A stretch of DNA of 64,000 nucleotides from Squalus acanthias (lineage: Eukaryota): positions 1,552,001 through 1,616,000 of the forward strand of contig JASTWF010000033.1 of NCBI GenBank assembly GCA_030390025.1. The letters run 5' to 3'. Position numbers and translations under genes: made by a program. Positions 1-12,437 of this stretch are shown here, piece after piece. Every line of letters begins with the position of its first letter. The stretch's first letter is position 1. Under the pieces are notes generated by a model. It was not told the DNA's origin and searched no databases. It was given only the letters and a program-made list of their open reading frames with translations.

Positions 1-407
1 TACAAAGTTGAAGGTGGCGGAAAAAGAGCACAGCATCGTGCTGAGCTCGAAATTCTTTGAGGTGGGGGCATAAGGGGATGAAGCTCAGGCCTTTGCTGAG
101 GACTGATCATTTGGGGTCAGAGAGGGGAAGGTCAGAGGGGATAGTGAAAACATGACAGGGGGTGAGATTGGAGGAAGGGATGGGGTCAGAGGAACCTCAA
201 GGGGAAGAAGGTTCCGGAGGGATGCTGGTGTCCAAGAGTTGTTGAAGCTTGCTATCCTTGACACCTGAATGGAAGAAAAAAAGTTTTTTGTTAAAGCGCC
301 GGATGAGGCGAAGGATGAAATGGAACTGCGGACCAGGACAGCTTTGAGATAGAGTGAGTCGGTGCTGCTGAAGAGTTTTGTTGGAGCGCCGGATGAGGCG
401 AAGGATG
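1..407 (-). mobile_element. Penelope-like element, N-terminal ORF fragment (runs off window edge)
   Basis: Direct similarity to 44740-45105 of the near-intact PLE (e.g. ggggatgaagctcaggcctttgctgaggactgatc; aggatgaaatggaactg). Confidence 0.85.
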
Positions 408-414
408 TGGTTGA

Positions 415-940
415 ATGTGTTCAGTTCTAGTCATCACAACATAGGATTGGTTTATTAGCTTTGGAGGGCGTGCAGCCTAGATTTACCAGAATGATACATA
501 GACTCCAAGGGTTAAATTACGAGGAGAGTTTACTCAAACTAGGGTTGTATTTCTTGGAATTTAAAAGCTTAAGCAGTGATTTGATTGAAGTGTTCAAGAT
601 ATTAAAGCGAACTGATAGGGTAGCTAGTGAGAAATTATTTCCGATGGTTGGCGAGCCTTGTACGAGGGGGTGAGTTTAAAAAATAGAGCCAGACCTTTCA
701 GGAGTGAAGTTAGGAAACACTCCTACATGCAATGGGTGGTAGAAATTTGTAACTCACTTCCGCAATCTGCAGTTGATGCTGAGTCAATTGTTAACTTTAA
801 ACATGAGATTGATCGTTTTTTGTTAACCTCCGGGATACCGGGAAAAGGGATATAAACGGAGCTGGGTCACAGATCACACATGATCTCATTAAATGGCGGA
901 ACATGCTCGAGGGGGTAAATGGCTCACTCCTGTTCCTATA
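415..940 (+). mobile_element. CR1 LINE 3' fragment, degraded
   Basis: ORFs 461-673 and 658-855 resemble the CR1 ORF2 C-terminus (EGVQPRFTRMI...DLIEVFKILK), followed by a CR1-type 3' UTR. Confidence 0.85.
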
Positions 941-1010
941 ATGAGTGTGAAATGATCGTGTTTCAAGGTGCTGCACGCAAGTGAAGATGAGAATCGCGAT
1001 TAAAATGAAA

Positions 1011-1082
1011 GCCCGAACAGTGACTTGAACCCTGAACCCTCAGATTAAAAGTCTGATACACTGCGGACTGACCTATCCGGGC
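1011..1082 (-). tRNA. tRNA-Lys(TTT) copy, probably a pseudogene
   Basis: Reverse complement GCCCGGATAGGTCAGTCCGCAGTGTATCAGACTTTTAATCTGAGGGTTCAGGGTTCAAGTCACTGTTCGGGC matches vertebrate tRNA-Lys-TTT. Anticodon arm intact; D-arm and T-stem substitutions. Confidence 0.85.
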
Positions 1083-1460
1083 TCTACTGTCGATGCGTCA
1101 TACAACGAATTTAACTGGCTCAGCTGCTGCATTACACACTCAACCAATTGCATTTGCTTCTCCAGTAATCCCGCCTGTACAGCGCATTTTTCTCACAAAC
1201 GCAGACTAACTGCCCCCACCGGCTTCACTTCAGGAACAGTGTCCCTCCCACAAAGGACACGCTCTTTAACAGCGGCCTCAGATGTGAAAACGGAGGTGTC
1301 AGTTTGTTACAGTAAATAAATTAGGGCATCTGACGCTTGTCCCCCTGACACTGGTGAACTAGTGAGACAGACTTTACAGCAAGGTTCTGTTTATTGTGAA
1401 AAAGCAAAGAAAATATTCTTACGGAATTATCCAGACTTCAATCAAAGCTAAAAACAGCCC

Positions 1461-1535
1461 TGACCCCGAAGTCATTTGAACACGCAGCCTTCTGATACTG
1501 AGGAGTCAGACGCGCTACCGTTGCGCCACGAGGTC
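1461..1535 (-). tRNA. tRNA-Trp-derived copy with 10-nt anticodon loop, probably a pseudogene
   Basis: Reverse complement GACCTCGTGGCGCAACGGTAGCGCGTCTGA-CTCCTCAGTA-TCAGAAGGCTGCGTGTTCAAATGACTTCGGGGTCA versus vertebrate tRNA-Trp-CCA. A T5 run follows at 1450-1454. Confidence 0.85.
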
Positions 1536-1837
1536 ATAAAAGCAGCAAACTGCTCAGAATACACAACGGGTCGAGCAGCTTCCGAAAAACAATTACACTT
1601 TCGACGTGTAGACAACAGTTAGAACTACAAACAAGGCCGTGTGAAAATATAAACCGTGGGTGTGTATATAGAATCATATAAATTCACAGCACAGAAGGAG
1701 GACATTCGGCCCGTCGTGCCTGTGCTGGCTTAGAAAGAGCAGCCGTGCTGTATTTACATATTAGTCCCCCCAAAGTGCATCACTTCACACTTCCCCGCAT
1801 TGAACTCCAATTGCCATGATTCCGCCCATTTTAAGAT

Positions 1838-4430
1838 CATAGAAACATAGAAACATAGAAGGTAGGAGCAGGAGTAGGCCATTCGGCCCCTCGTGCCTGC
1901 TCCGCCATTTAATGAGATCATATCTGATCATCCAAATTCAGTACCCTGTCCCTGCTTTCTCCCCATATCCCTTGATCCCTTTAGCCTTAAGAAATATATC
2001 GAACTAATTCTTGAATATATTTAATTAATTGGCCTCAACTGCCTTTTGTGGTAGAGAATTCCACAGGTTCACCACTCTCTGTGAAGAAAATCCTCCTCAG
2101 CTCTGTCCTAAATGGCTTACCCCTTATCTTTAGACTGTGACCCCTGGCTCTGGACTCCCACGCCATCGGGAACATCCTTCCTGCATCCAGTCTGTCTAGT
2201 CCTGTTAGAATTTTATACTTTTTAATGAGACCCCCTCTCATTCTTCTGAACTCCAGCGAATATAAGCCCAATCGATCCAATCTCTCCTCATACGTCATTC
2301 CTGCCATCCCATGTATCAGTATGGTGAATCTTCGCTGCATTTCCTCCATGGCAAGTACATCCTTCCTCACATAAGGCGACAGAACTGCACACAATACTCA
2401 AGGTGTGGTCTCACCAAGACCCTGTACAATTGCAGCAAGACATCCTTGCTCCTGTACTCGAATCCTCTCGCTATGAAGGCCAACATACCATTTGCCTTCT
2501 TAACCGCCTGCTGCACCTGCATGCTTACCTTCAGCGACTGGTTTACAAGGACAACCAGGTCTCGTAGCATTTCCCCTGCTCCCAATCTTTTGCCGTTCAG
2601 ATAATAAACTGCCTTCCTGTTTTTGACACTAAAGTGGATAACCTCGCATTTATCCACATTATACTGCATCTGCCATGCATCTGCCCAATCACCCAACCTG
2701 TCCAAATCATACTGCAGATTCTCAGCATCCTCCTCACAACACACACGCCCACCCAGCTTTGTGTCCTCTGCAAACTTGGAGATATTACCTCTAGTTCCCT
2801 CGACTAGATCATTAATATATAATGTGAATAGCTGGGGTCCTACCACCGATCCCTGCGGTACCCCACTAGTCAATTCCTGCCACTCAGAAAAAGACCCGTA
2901 TATTCCAACTCTTTGCTTCCTGTCTGCCAACCAGTTCTCTATCCAAGTCAGTACCTTACCCACAATCCCATGTGCTTTAACTTTACACGCTAATCTCTTT
3001 TGAGGGACCTTATCGAAAAACTTCTGAAAGTCCAAATACACCACATCCACTCGTTCTCCCTTATCGATTCTACCAGTTACATCCTCAAAAATGCCATTGC
3101 ATTAATTAAGCACGATTTACCTTTTGAAAATATATGTTGACTTTGTCTGATCCTGTCACTGTTTTCCAAGTGCTCTGCTCTTGCATCTTTTATAATGGAC
3201 TCTAGCATTTTCCACACTGCCGATGTCAAACTTACAGGGCTATAATTCCCCGTTTTCTCTCTACCACCTTTTTTAAATAGTGGGGTTACATTAGCTACCC
3301 TCCAATCCAGGGGAACTGTGCCAGAGTCTAAAGAATTTTTGAAGATAACCAGCAATGCATCTAATATTTCCAGGGCCACTTCCTTAAGTACCCTAGGATG
3401 TAGATTATCAGGCCCTGGGGATTTATTGGCCTTCAATCCCGTGAATTTCCCTAACACCATTTCCCTACAAATACTGATTTCATTCAGTTCCTCCCTCTCA
3501 TTAGACCCTATGTTATCCGACAGCTCTGGGAGGTTATTTGAGTCCTCCTTTGTGAAGACAGAACCAAAGTATGTATTTAATTGGTCAGCCATTTCTTTGT
3601 TCCCCATTATGAATTCCCCTGATTCTGACTGCAAGGGACCTACGCTTGACTTCACCAATCTTTTTCTCTTCACATATCGATAGAAGCTTTACAGTCAGTT
3701 TTTATGTTCCTCGTAAACTTACTCTCATGCTCTATTTCCCCTCTCATAATTAATCCTTTTGTCCTCCTTTGCTGAATCCTAAACTGCTCCCAATCCTCAT
3801 GTTTGCTGCTTTTTCTGGCCAATTTATGTATCCCCTCCTTGGATCTTATGCTATCCCTAATTTTCCTTGTTAGCCACGGTTTGCTCCACCTTTTTTGTTT
3901 TATTTTTATGCCAGACAGGGATGAAAAAATTCTGAAGTTCATCCATGCGATCTTTAAATGTTTGCCATTGCCTATCCACCGGCAACCCTTTCAGTAAGGC
4001 TCCCCAATCCATCCTAGCCAACTCGTGCCTCATACCATTGTAGTTTCCTTTCTTTAAATTCAGGACCCTAGTCTCTGAGTCAACTACTTCACTCTCCATT
4101 TTAATGACGAATTCTATCATATTTTGATCGCTCCTCCACAAGTGGCTTTGCACAACAAGATTGCTAAGCAATTCTTTCTCATTACATAATACCCAGTCTA
4201 AGATGGCCTCATCTCTTGTTGGTTCCTCGACATATTGGTCCAGGAAACCATCCCGTATACACTCTAGGAATTGCTCCTCCACAGTATTGTTACGAATTTG
4301 GTTAGCCCGATCTATATGTAGCTTAAAGTCACCCATGATAACTGCTGTGCCCTTATTGCACGCGTCTCTAATTTCCTGTTTAATGCCATCCCCAACGTCA
4401 GCATTACTGTTTACGGGTCTGTATACATCC
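1838..4430 (-). mobile_element. CR1 LINE, 5'-truncated (endonuclease C-terminus + RT, frameshifted)
   Basis: Consecutive minus-strand ORFs 3857-4483, 3077-3673, 2367-3050 and 2035-2394 with CR1 motifs (SPGPDNLHPRVLKE, GVPQGSVVGP, WQMQYNVDKC). (catagaaa)n tail at 1838-1860. Confidence 0.95.
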
Positions 4431-5218
4431 TGAAGTCGACAACTATCCTCATCAAGAGCTTTGCCTCTGTATGAAGATTTCAAGCTGGCAAATATCCCTT
4501 AATGCCATGGTCTCACTTTATGCAAAACTCGTTCTTCTGCACTGCTACGAAATCCATGCAATTAATGTGTCCAGCTTTCATACAGTAAGGCAACAGGTGA
4601 ATGTACATTTACAAACAAGCCATTACAATATAGTAGTAATGTCAGCTCTGCCAATGACCATCGCTGTTTATACATAGGAACAACCTTCAGCGCCCTGTAA
4701 AGCAAACTGATCACATTACACATATTAAATTGTGCAGATACCACCTCCAGACTAATTAAAGATCCGCTTCCCATTATCTTAAAAACCGTTTTGTGTAATG
4801 CAGGCGCATCTTTCCATTTGGTCTTTAAATTCATTCATTAAAAATGTTGGGGATGAGTGGACTGGGCAGGTGAGGAAACCCTCGGCAAGGAACGGCTGGC
4901 TGCCTGTGATAGTTACGGTGAAGAACACAACCACAGATTTCAGAGGGAATTACAGAAATATAAAACTGTCCTTTCTGATGCCAGAACATGCACTTTACAA
5001 GGATTGATTTTTGAGAGTGGGAGAGGGAGTTTTGAGGTAAGGATACTTCACAACAATTAAGCATCATGAAAGGTGGCATCACACAGAAAAAAAAACCCAT
5101 TGAAGTGGCAGTAAAATCACAGTTAGTCTTCCAATCATCGTCCCACATACGAACAAAGCACAATACACAGACCTTGTCAGCACCAGTAAGCTCATGATCA
5201 GTAAATTCATATACTTGC

Positions 5219-5370
5219 CATATTGATGAATCTTCTGTCCTGCAGACCTCCAAGAAGTCATATCCATCTTCCAACTGAAAGTCTGTGAAGAGCAGTGCAA
5301 TGTGACGGAAAACTGGGGCTCGAGATAATTGCACTCTGCCCACGCAAGGTCCCTCCACAGCCATCACCCG
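5219..5370 (-). pseudogene. Isolated CSMD-family (most like CSMD2) CUB-domain exon with a frameshifting internal deletion
   Basis: Acceptor ttttgcag at 5371. One frame gives AGDGCGGTLRGQSAIISSPSFP, another gives IALLFTDFQLEDGYDFLEV..TEDSSIW, then a gcaagt donor-like site. Both halves match the recalled CSMD CUB exon, with about 19 codons missing between them. Confidence 0.8.
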
Positions 5371-5589
5371 CTGCAAAAATATATATATATAAATACATTT
5401 TAATAAAAGGAACTGGAAAGGGAGCATTTGAGAAAAGGAAAATCCTTTGTCTTGAAAATGTGAGCAATTTTTAACCAGTTTACTGTGGCTTTTAAAGTTA
5501 TTTTAAAATTACAGTTCACAGTACATAATGTTTTCAGTGAATAAACAGCGTTTTTAAAAAAAATCTACAGAGTATAACTCGAACACAAT

Positions 5590-5840
5590 TCTATTAAGTT
5601 ACCAATTTCGTGAAATTTGCAAATCTTATAATGCTGCTCGAGTCAAGTTCGTTTATAAAAGTTGCAAAGAGTAAAGGATCCAAAACAGACGCTTGGGGAA
5701 CACCACTGGAAACCACCTCCCCGTCTGAAAAACACCCATCCATCACCGTCCTGTGCTTCCTGTCACTGAGCCAATTCTGTAACCATACCATCACTTTTCC
5801 GTTACTTCCATGGGCTTCCATCTTCTTAACAAGCCTCCCC
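5590..5840 (-). mobile_element. CR1 RT fragment
   Basis: ORF 5594-5821: NWLSDRKHR...SGVPQASVLDPLLF..FINELD. Confidence 0.8.
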
Positions 5841-6326
5841 TCAGTGTGCGATATTTATACAGTAAGTTAGTGTTTATGTGATGAGTGGGATGCGTTATAT
5901 GTGGGACAGTTTAAACTTTATTTTTATACCATGATAACTCTTGTTATCCAAATATAACTATATAATTGCATCTCTGACCATTCTAATTGTACTTGGATGT
6001 ATCTGTGTGCTAGTTATAAATATATTTGTGTGTATTTATATGCTATTTATCATTGTTTTGTGTGTGTGTGTCTGTGTTATGTATAAATATATTTGTGTGT
6101 AATTTAAAAGTACCATATTGAGAAATAAATATATAAAAAATACATTTGGAATGAAGACTGATGTCCCCCAATAAAGGAATAAATATTACAGGTACATGGT
6201 AAAACATTTGTAACATTTGAAACATTTGTAACCAGCATTTACATTTAAAATAATCAAAATAAAATTGCATCCAAAATGGATAGACCCAATTATATTTAAA
6301 ATTATCGCAGTGATTTAATATAATTT

Positions 6327-6376
6327 TCCTTGATGGTCTAGTAGTGAGGATTCGGCGCTTTCATTGTTGGGGCCTG
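6327..6376 (+). pseudogene. tRNA-Glu(TTC) pseudogene, 3'-truncated
   Basis: TCCTTGATGGTCTAGTAGTGAGGATTCGGCGCTTTCATTG matches the 5' two-thirds of vertebrate tRNA-Glu-TTC; T-arm absent. Confidence 0.75.
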
Positions 6377-6653
6377 TTATTATTTGCATGCATCTGCTGT
6401 GAGAAAAAAAACCAATTGCTTTAATGACCATTAATTAACAGATGACCTTCTTTTGCAGAATGAAAGAAATGCTGACTAAGCAACAGTCGATATTTCAATA
6501 TTTTTTCTGTGATGAACTGTGACCCACATCTCATTTTACACACTGGAGTCTTATTTAAAATGTTCATTGCTTCTGACACCAGGAATCCGGTGCAAATTTT
6601 GTTAAACTTAAAAGGACCGGTAATTTCTCAGACAATAATATTCTCTGACACAA

Positions 6654-6720
6654 GGTTCCCGCCCGGGCCCGTGACATTCTGCGTGTGAGGCGAAGGTGAT
6701 AACCGCTCCAGTCCGGAAAC
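6654..6720 (-). pseudogene. tRNA-Val(CAC) pseudogene
   Basis: Reverse complement GTTTCCGGACTGGAGCGGTTATCACCTTCGCCTCACACGCAGAATGTCACGGGCCCGGGCGGGAACC; T-loop/B-box deleted. Confidence 0.75.
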
Positions 6721-7150
6721 CAGCGCTTCACCGCACACACACTCTTCAGCGAGATGCTCAATTCCTCTTTCTGCAAATTCATCACTAGTGAACCTTCAAT
6801 CCCAGGGTGCTGGTTTTCAGATTTACATCAGTAACCTTTTAAATAAAGTCATGTCACCGCGAACCAGCTCTCCTGCAACCGGTGCGGTCTCCCTTCCAGC
6901 CTTTCCGTAACTTGTTTGCTCCGAAGTATTCTGATTATCATCGAGCTGAAACGTTAATTCTTATTCTCTCTCCACAGATGTTGCCTGACCTGCTGGATAT
7001 TTTGAAGAAGTTAATGAAGTAGGGTGGGAAGAGGGTCATGAGGAGACTAAAACACGGTCATGGACCTGCTGGGCTGAATGGACTGTTTCCCTGCTGTAAA
7101 TACTGTGTATTACAGCACAGATATTCCCTCGTGCAAACTTCATCTACTTG

Positions 7151-7362
7151 CCATGATGTGGACATGCCGGTGTTGGACTGGGGTGGACAAATGTGAGAAG
7201 TCGCACAACACCAGGTTATAGCCCAACAGTTTTATTTGAAATCACAAGCTTTCGGAGCGCTGCTCCTTCGTCAGGTGAAGTGACGAAGGAGCAGTGCTCC
7301 GAAAGCTTGTGATTTCAAATAAAACTGTTGGACTATAACCTGGTTTTGTGCGACTTTTCACA
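7151..7362. mobile_element. Short fold-back Penelope-derived element with hammerhead motif and 12-bp TSD
   Basis: Inverted arms 7191-7273 and 7281-7363 (83 bp, 4 mismatches). ttcatctacttg is repeated at 7139-7150 and 7363-7374. Minus strand reads tcac-CTGACGA-a-ggagc-agc-gctcc-GAAA-gc-tt-gtga. Confidence 0.8.
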
Positions 7363-7984
7363 TTCATCTACTTGAGCTACTTTTTAACTGGTTCCGGGCT
7401 TCATCTGTTCAAATGTTTACCGCTGGTTCGCTGCTGGCTTAGACTAATTTCACTCAATGATCTTCTGACGTGGAGATGAGAGTGCTGGAAGTGAGTCAAA
7501 GCTAGTCTGAACCGACCATCTGTTGCTGTATTATTGTGAGGATTGTTTGGTATTATCTTACTTTTTTCATTGAAAGTTATGAAAGTTCTGACCCTCGGTT
7601 GTTGAATAAAATGAACACAAATCTTCAATGACCAACACTCAACATTTTCTGAGTTTCCAAACCAACATTCTCCAAATAGTGTTCTAAATGCCATGACAAT
7701 ATTCAACCCACTTTTATATTAACAGTAATTATAATCCAAGTTCATCTCTCTTGGTTAATCGAATCACAGTCCAGGTGGAGTGGGTCTTTATCAATGCTCT
7801 GGTTGAAGGCTTGTGCGTGAGGAAGATTATTTAAGCTTTTGTGGCACTGACACTTAACATTTAAACTTCAGGAATATTGGGCACATGCAGGTGGTGTAAG
7901 TGTTCTGTTGGGCCGCGGGGCCGAGTGACTCAGGGACGGATTATTAATCAATTCTGTGAAGTTCACGTGGATTTGAATTTCGCC

Positions 7985-8420
7985 CTAACTCGCATCAAGT
8001 CCCGTTCAACCATCGCGACTGTGCTCGCTGACCTACATTGGCTCCCGGATAAGCAATGCCAAGATATTAAAAATGTCATCCTCGTATTCAAATCCTTCCA
8101 TGGCCTCGCCTCTCCCTATCGCTGTAATCTTACCCAGCCCTTCAACACACAGAGATTTCTGCAATCCTCTAATTCTGGCCACTTGTGCATCCCCGATTTT
8201 AATCACTCCAACATTGGTGACTGTGCCTTCATTTTGAGAAGGCCCAAAGCTCCGGAATTCCCTCCTTAATCCTCTCCACCTCTCTCTCTCCTTTCTTTCC
8301 TTCTTTAAGACGCTCCTTAAAACAAGCTTTCGGTCATCTGCCCTAATATCTCCTCATGGGATGCGCTTTGGGACATTTTAATACGTTGCAGGCGCTATAT
8401 CAATACTAGTTGTTGTTGTT
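7985..8420 (+). mobile_element. L2-type LINE 3' end
   Basis: LADLHWLP..VILVFKSFHGLA motif in ORF 7877-8269; ends ggcgctatat...(gtt)n. Confidence 0.75.
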
Positions 8421-8777
8421 AGACACATAGGAGGAGGCAATTCAACTCTCGAGACTGTTCCGCCAATTAATTAGATCACGGCTGATCTGTGTCTTAACTC
8501 CACCCACCTGCCTACTTGCCATTATCATATTTGCCTTTTATTTTATCCTTGCTTTATACAAGTTTTAGACTGTGGTTGACCTCGTTTAAATTTTGCATCA
8601 TTTCTCGATTATTGCCGAAACTCCATCGAGCTCTAGAATGGCTTTTTCCTAATTGCACTTCCAGTGTCCTGGATGGTGTTCCAGAGTGTGAGGTCACGGT
8701 TGCTGCCATTGTGACAACGATAGGAACATGGGAGAGGTGGGAAACCGCGGGTCGAGGCTGCTGTCAAGGACCGGATA

Positions 8778-9225
8778 CAGAATCATAGAATCACACAGCA
8801 CAGTCGGAGGCCATTGGGCCCACCGGGTCTGTGCCGTCTCTTTGAGAGAGAGATCCAATTATCACCACTCCCCTGCTCTTTCCGCATAGCCCTGCAATGC
8901 TTTTCATTGTAACTTCTCTTTTTAAAGTTGCAATTGAATCTGCTTTCCCCGCCCTCAAGCAGTGCACGCACTGTCACCCAGATCGTAACAACTCGCTGAG
9001 TAAAGAAAAATCTCCCCACACCACTTTACCAATTATCTGAAATCAGTGTCCTCTGGTTACCGACCCTCTTGTCAGGGGTAACAGTTTCACCCTCTCTGCT
9101 CTATTACCCCCCCCCCCCAATAATTTGGAACACCTTTATTAAATCTCCGCTTAACCTTCTTCGCTCTAAGGAGAACAATCCCTGCTTCGTTGGTCTCTCC
9201 ACATAACTGAATTCCCTCATCCCTG
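8778..9225 (-). mobile_element. CR1 LINE 3' fragment
   Basis: FFFTQRVVTIW motif; agaatcatagaatc tail at 8780. Confidence 0.8.
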
Positions 9226-9792
9226 GACATGATGCAAAGAGACGAAGTTTGGAAAATATTGCCAGTTAGGAGCAGGAAAATCGAAAGGATCCAAAAATAA
9301 AATACATTCGCCAGTTTTGTGAATCTTTAGATACGATTTGGGAAAGGGAATCAGTGGAGAATGAAGGGCGAACCGCTCGATTGACCCAAGGAGGTCAAGA
9401 CACCGTTCCCTGGTTTCAGACGCTGGGAGATTTTCTCTGATGTTATCGGTGACATTAACTGTTCTGAGACATTTAAAGGATTCTCGTCACTGCAGATCAG
9501 GAATTCAAACCTAAGATCGGGTTCAGGACAATCAGAATAATTCGGAACAAACAAGGCACCGAAAGGCTGGAATGGAGACGGCACCGGTTGCAGGAGAGCT
9601 GGTTCGTGGTGACATGGGTGTGTCTGCAGTGTGCGGGACCAGACAATCTCTGTGTGTTCACAATGAATGTCCCATTCTTTAAATTGGACATGTTAAACTG
9701 ACAGTGGGCAATTGCTATTACGGTCGCAGAAATCTGAAACTTTATCTCGCCGACACCTTGGTTCAGGGAATCTTACAACAACATTACCGGCC

Positions 9793-9798
9793 GTCTCT

Positions 9799-9829
<31 letters not shown>

Positions 9830-9867
9830 TAACTGGATGGTTAGTGTTTCGAGCCCACCCAGGGACG
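9793..9867 (+). tRNA. tRNA-Asn(GTT) copy, probably a pseudogene
   Basis: GTCTCTGTGGCGCAATCGGTTAGCGCGTTCGGCTGTTTAACTGGATGGTTAGTGTTTCGAGCCCACCCAGGGACG. Extra T in the anticodon loop and B-box substitutions; T7 run at 9880-9886. Confidence 0.85.
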
Positions 9868-10080
9868 AAGAGTTTAACATTTTTTTCCCTTTATGGTTCT
9901 TTGACCCACAGTTCCAAGTTGTCACTATTTGCTTTGACTGCAGGAAAATATTCCGCACACATTGCTAGCTGTGCTGTTATCCAGTAAATTCCCACCCAAA
10001 TACTTTTATGAGTACTCATTTGAAATCAAATGATAAAAACATATCGTTGGATCATGTTCCTCCATCCAACCTGTTCGAAA

Positions 10081-12437
10081 TATAGAACATAGAACATAGA
10101 ACAGTACAGCACAGTACAGGCCCTTCGGCCCTCGATGTTGTGCCGAGCATTGTCCGAGACCAAGATCAAGCTATCACACTCCCTATCACTCTGGTGTGCT
10201 CCATGTGCTTATCCAATAACCGTTTGAAAGTTCCTAAAGTGTCCGACTCCACTATCACAGCAGGCAGTCCATTCCACACCCCAACCACTCTCTGAGTAAA
10301 GAATCTACCTCGGACATCCCTTCTATATCTCCCCCCATGCACCTTATAGTTATGCCCCCTTGTAACAGCTGCCTCTACCCGAGGAAATAGTCTCAGAACA
10401 TCCACTCTATCTATCCCCCTCATCATCTTATAAACCTCTATTAAGTCGCCTCTCATCCTCCTCCGCTCTAAAGAGAAAAGCCCCAACTCCCTCAATCTTT
10501 CCTCATAAGACCTCCCCCCCAAACCAGGCAGCATCCTGGTAAATCCCCTTTGCACTCTTTCCAATGCTTCCACGTCCTTCCTATAGTGAGGTGACCAGAA
10601 CTGCACACAATATTCCAAATGTGGTCTCACCAAGGTCCTGTACAGTTGCAGCATAACCTCACGGTTCTTAAACTCAAAACCTCTGATAATAAACGCCAAC
10701 ACACCATAGGCCTTCTTTACTGCTCTATCCACTTGAGTGGCAAACTTCAGAGATCTGTGGATATGAACCCCCAGATCCCTCTGCTCCTCCACGTTCCTCA
10801 GAACCCTGCCGTTGACCCTGTAATCCTTATTCAAATTTGCCCTACCAAAATGAATCACCTCGCACTTATCAGGGTTAAATTCCATCTGCCATTTTTCGGC
10901 CCAGCTCTGCATCCTATCAATGTCTCTTTGCAGCCTACAACAGCCCTTCACCTCATCCACTGCTCCACCAATCTTGGTGTCATCAGCAAATTTGCTGATC
11001 CACCCTTCAGTCCCCTCCTCCAAGTCATTGATAAAAATCACAAACAGCAGAGGAACCAGCACCGACCCCTGTGGCACACCGCTGGTAACTGGTCTCCAGT
11101 CCGAAAATGTTCCATCCACCACCACCCTCTGCCTTCTATGAGATAGCCAGTTACTTATCCAATAGGACAAATTTCCCTCTATCCCACAACTCCTTACTTT
11201 CTTCATGAGCCGACCATGGGGAACCTTATCAAACGCCTTACTAAAATCCATGTATACGACATCTACTGCTCTACCTTCATCTACACACTTAGTTACCTCC
11301 TCAAAGAATTCAATCAAATTTGTTAGGCAAGACTTACCCTTCACGAATCCGTGTTGACTATCCCTGATTAAGTTGCCCCTTTCCAAATGGTCATAAATCC
11401 TATCCCTCAGGACCTTTTCCATTATCTTACCAACCACCGAAGTAAGACTAACCGGCCTATAATTACCAGGGTCATTCGTATTTCCTTTCTTGAAGAGAGG
11501 AACAACATTCGCCACTCTCCAGTCCTCTGGCACCATTCCCGTGGACAGTGAGGACCCAAAGATCAAAGCCAGAGGCTCTGCAATCTCCTCCCTTGCCTCC
11601 CAAAGAATCCTAGGATATATCCCATCTGGCCCAAGGGACTTATCGACCCTCAGGTTCTTCAAAATTGCTAAAACATCTTCCCTCAGAACATCTACCACCT
11701 CCAGCCTATCCACCTTTATCACACTCTCATCCTCAAGAACATGGCCCCTCTCCTCGGTGAACACTGACGAAAAGTATTCATTCATCACCTCTCCTATCTC
11801 TTCTGACTCCATGCACAAGTTCCCACTACTGTCCTTGACCGGCCCTACCCTCACCCTGGTCATTCTTTTATTTCTCACATAAGAGTAAAAAGCCTTGGGG
11901 TTTTCCTTGATCCGACCCGCCAAGGACTTCTCATGCCCCCTCCTAGCTCTCCTAAGCTCTTTTTTTTAGCTCATTCCTTGCTACCTTGTACCCCTCAATC
12001 GACCCAACTGTACCTTGTTTTCTCATCCTTACATACGCTTCCTTTTTCCTCTTGACTAGACATTCAACCTCTTTTGTGAACCATGGTTCTCTCACTCGGC
12101 CATTTCCTCCCTGCCTGACAGGGACATACCTATCAAGGACACGCAGTAATTGCTCCATGAAAAAGCTCCACTTTTCGTTTGTGCCTTTCCCTGATAGTTT
12201 CTGTTCCCATCTTATACTCCCTAATTCTTGCCTAATCGCATCATAATTACCCCTCCCCCAATTATAAACCCTGCCCTGCCGTATGGCCCTATCCCTCTCC
12301 ATTGCAATAGTGAAAGTTACCGAATTGTGGTCACTATCTCCAAAGTGCTCTCCCACATACAAATCAAACAGTTGGCCCGGTTCATTACCCAGTACCAAAT
12401 CCAACGTGGCCCCAGCTCTTGTCGGCCTATCCACATG
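10081..12437 (-). mobile_element. Young 5'-truncated CR1 LINE with an uninterrupted 585-aa RT/C-terminal reading frame
   Basis: ORF 10166-11923 (YRPVSLTS, DFSKAFDKV, GVPQGSVL, KFADDTK). Upstream ORF 11952-12434 (SDHN) is offset at the T-run near 11960. (tagaaca)n tail at 10082. Confidence 0.95.

Noticed and set aside
4831..5427. 198-aa ORF as a gene
   Set aside because: Only about 30 residues are CSMD-like; the rest is read-through of intron-like sequence.
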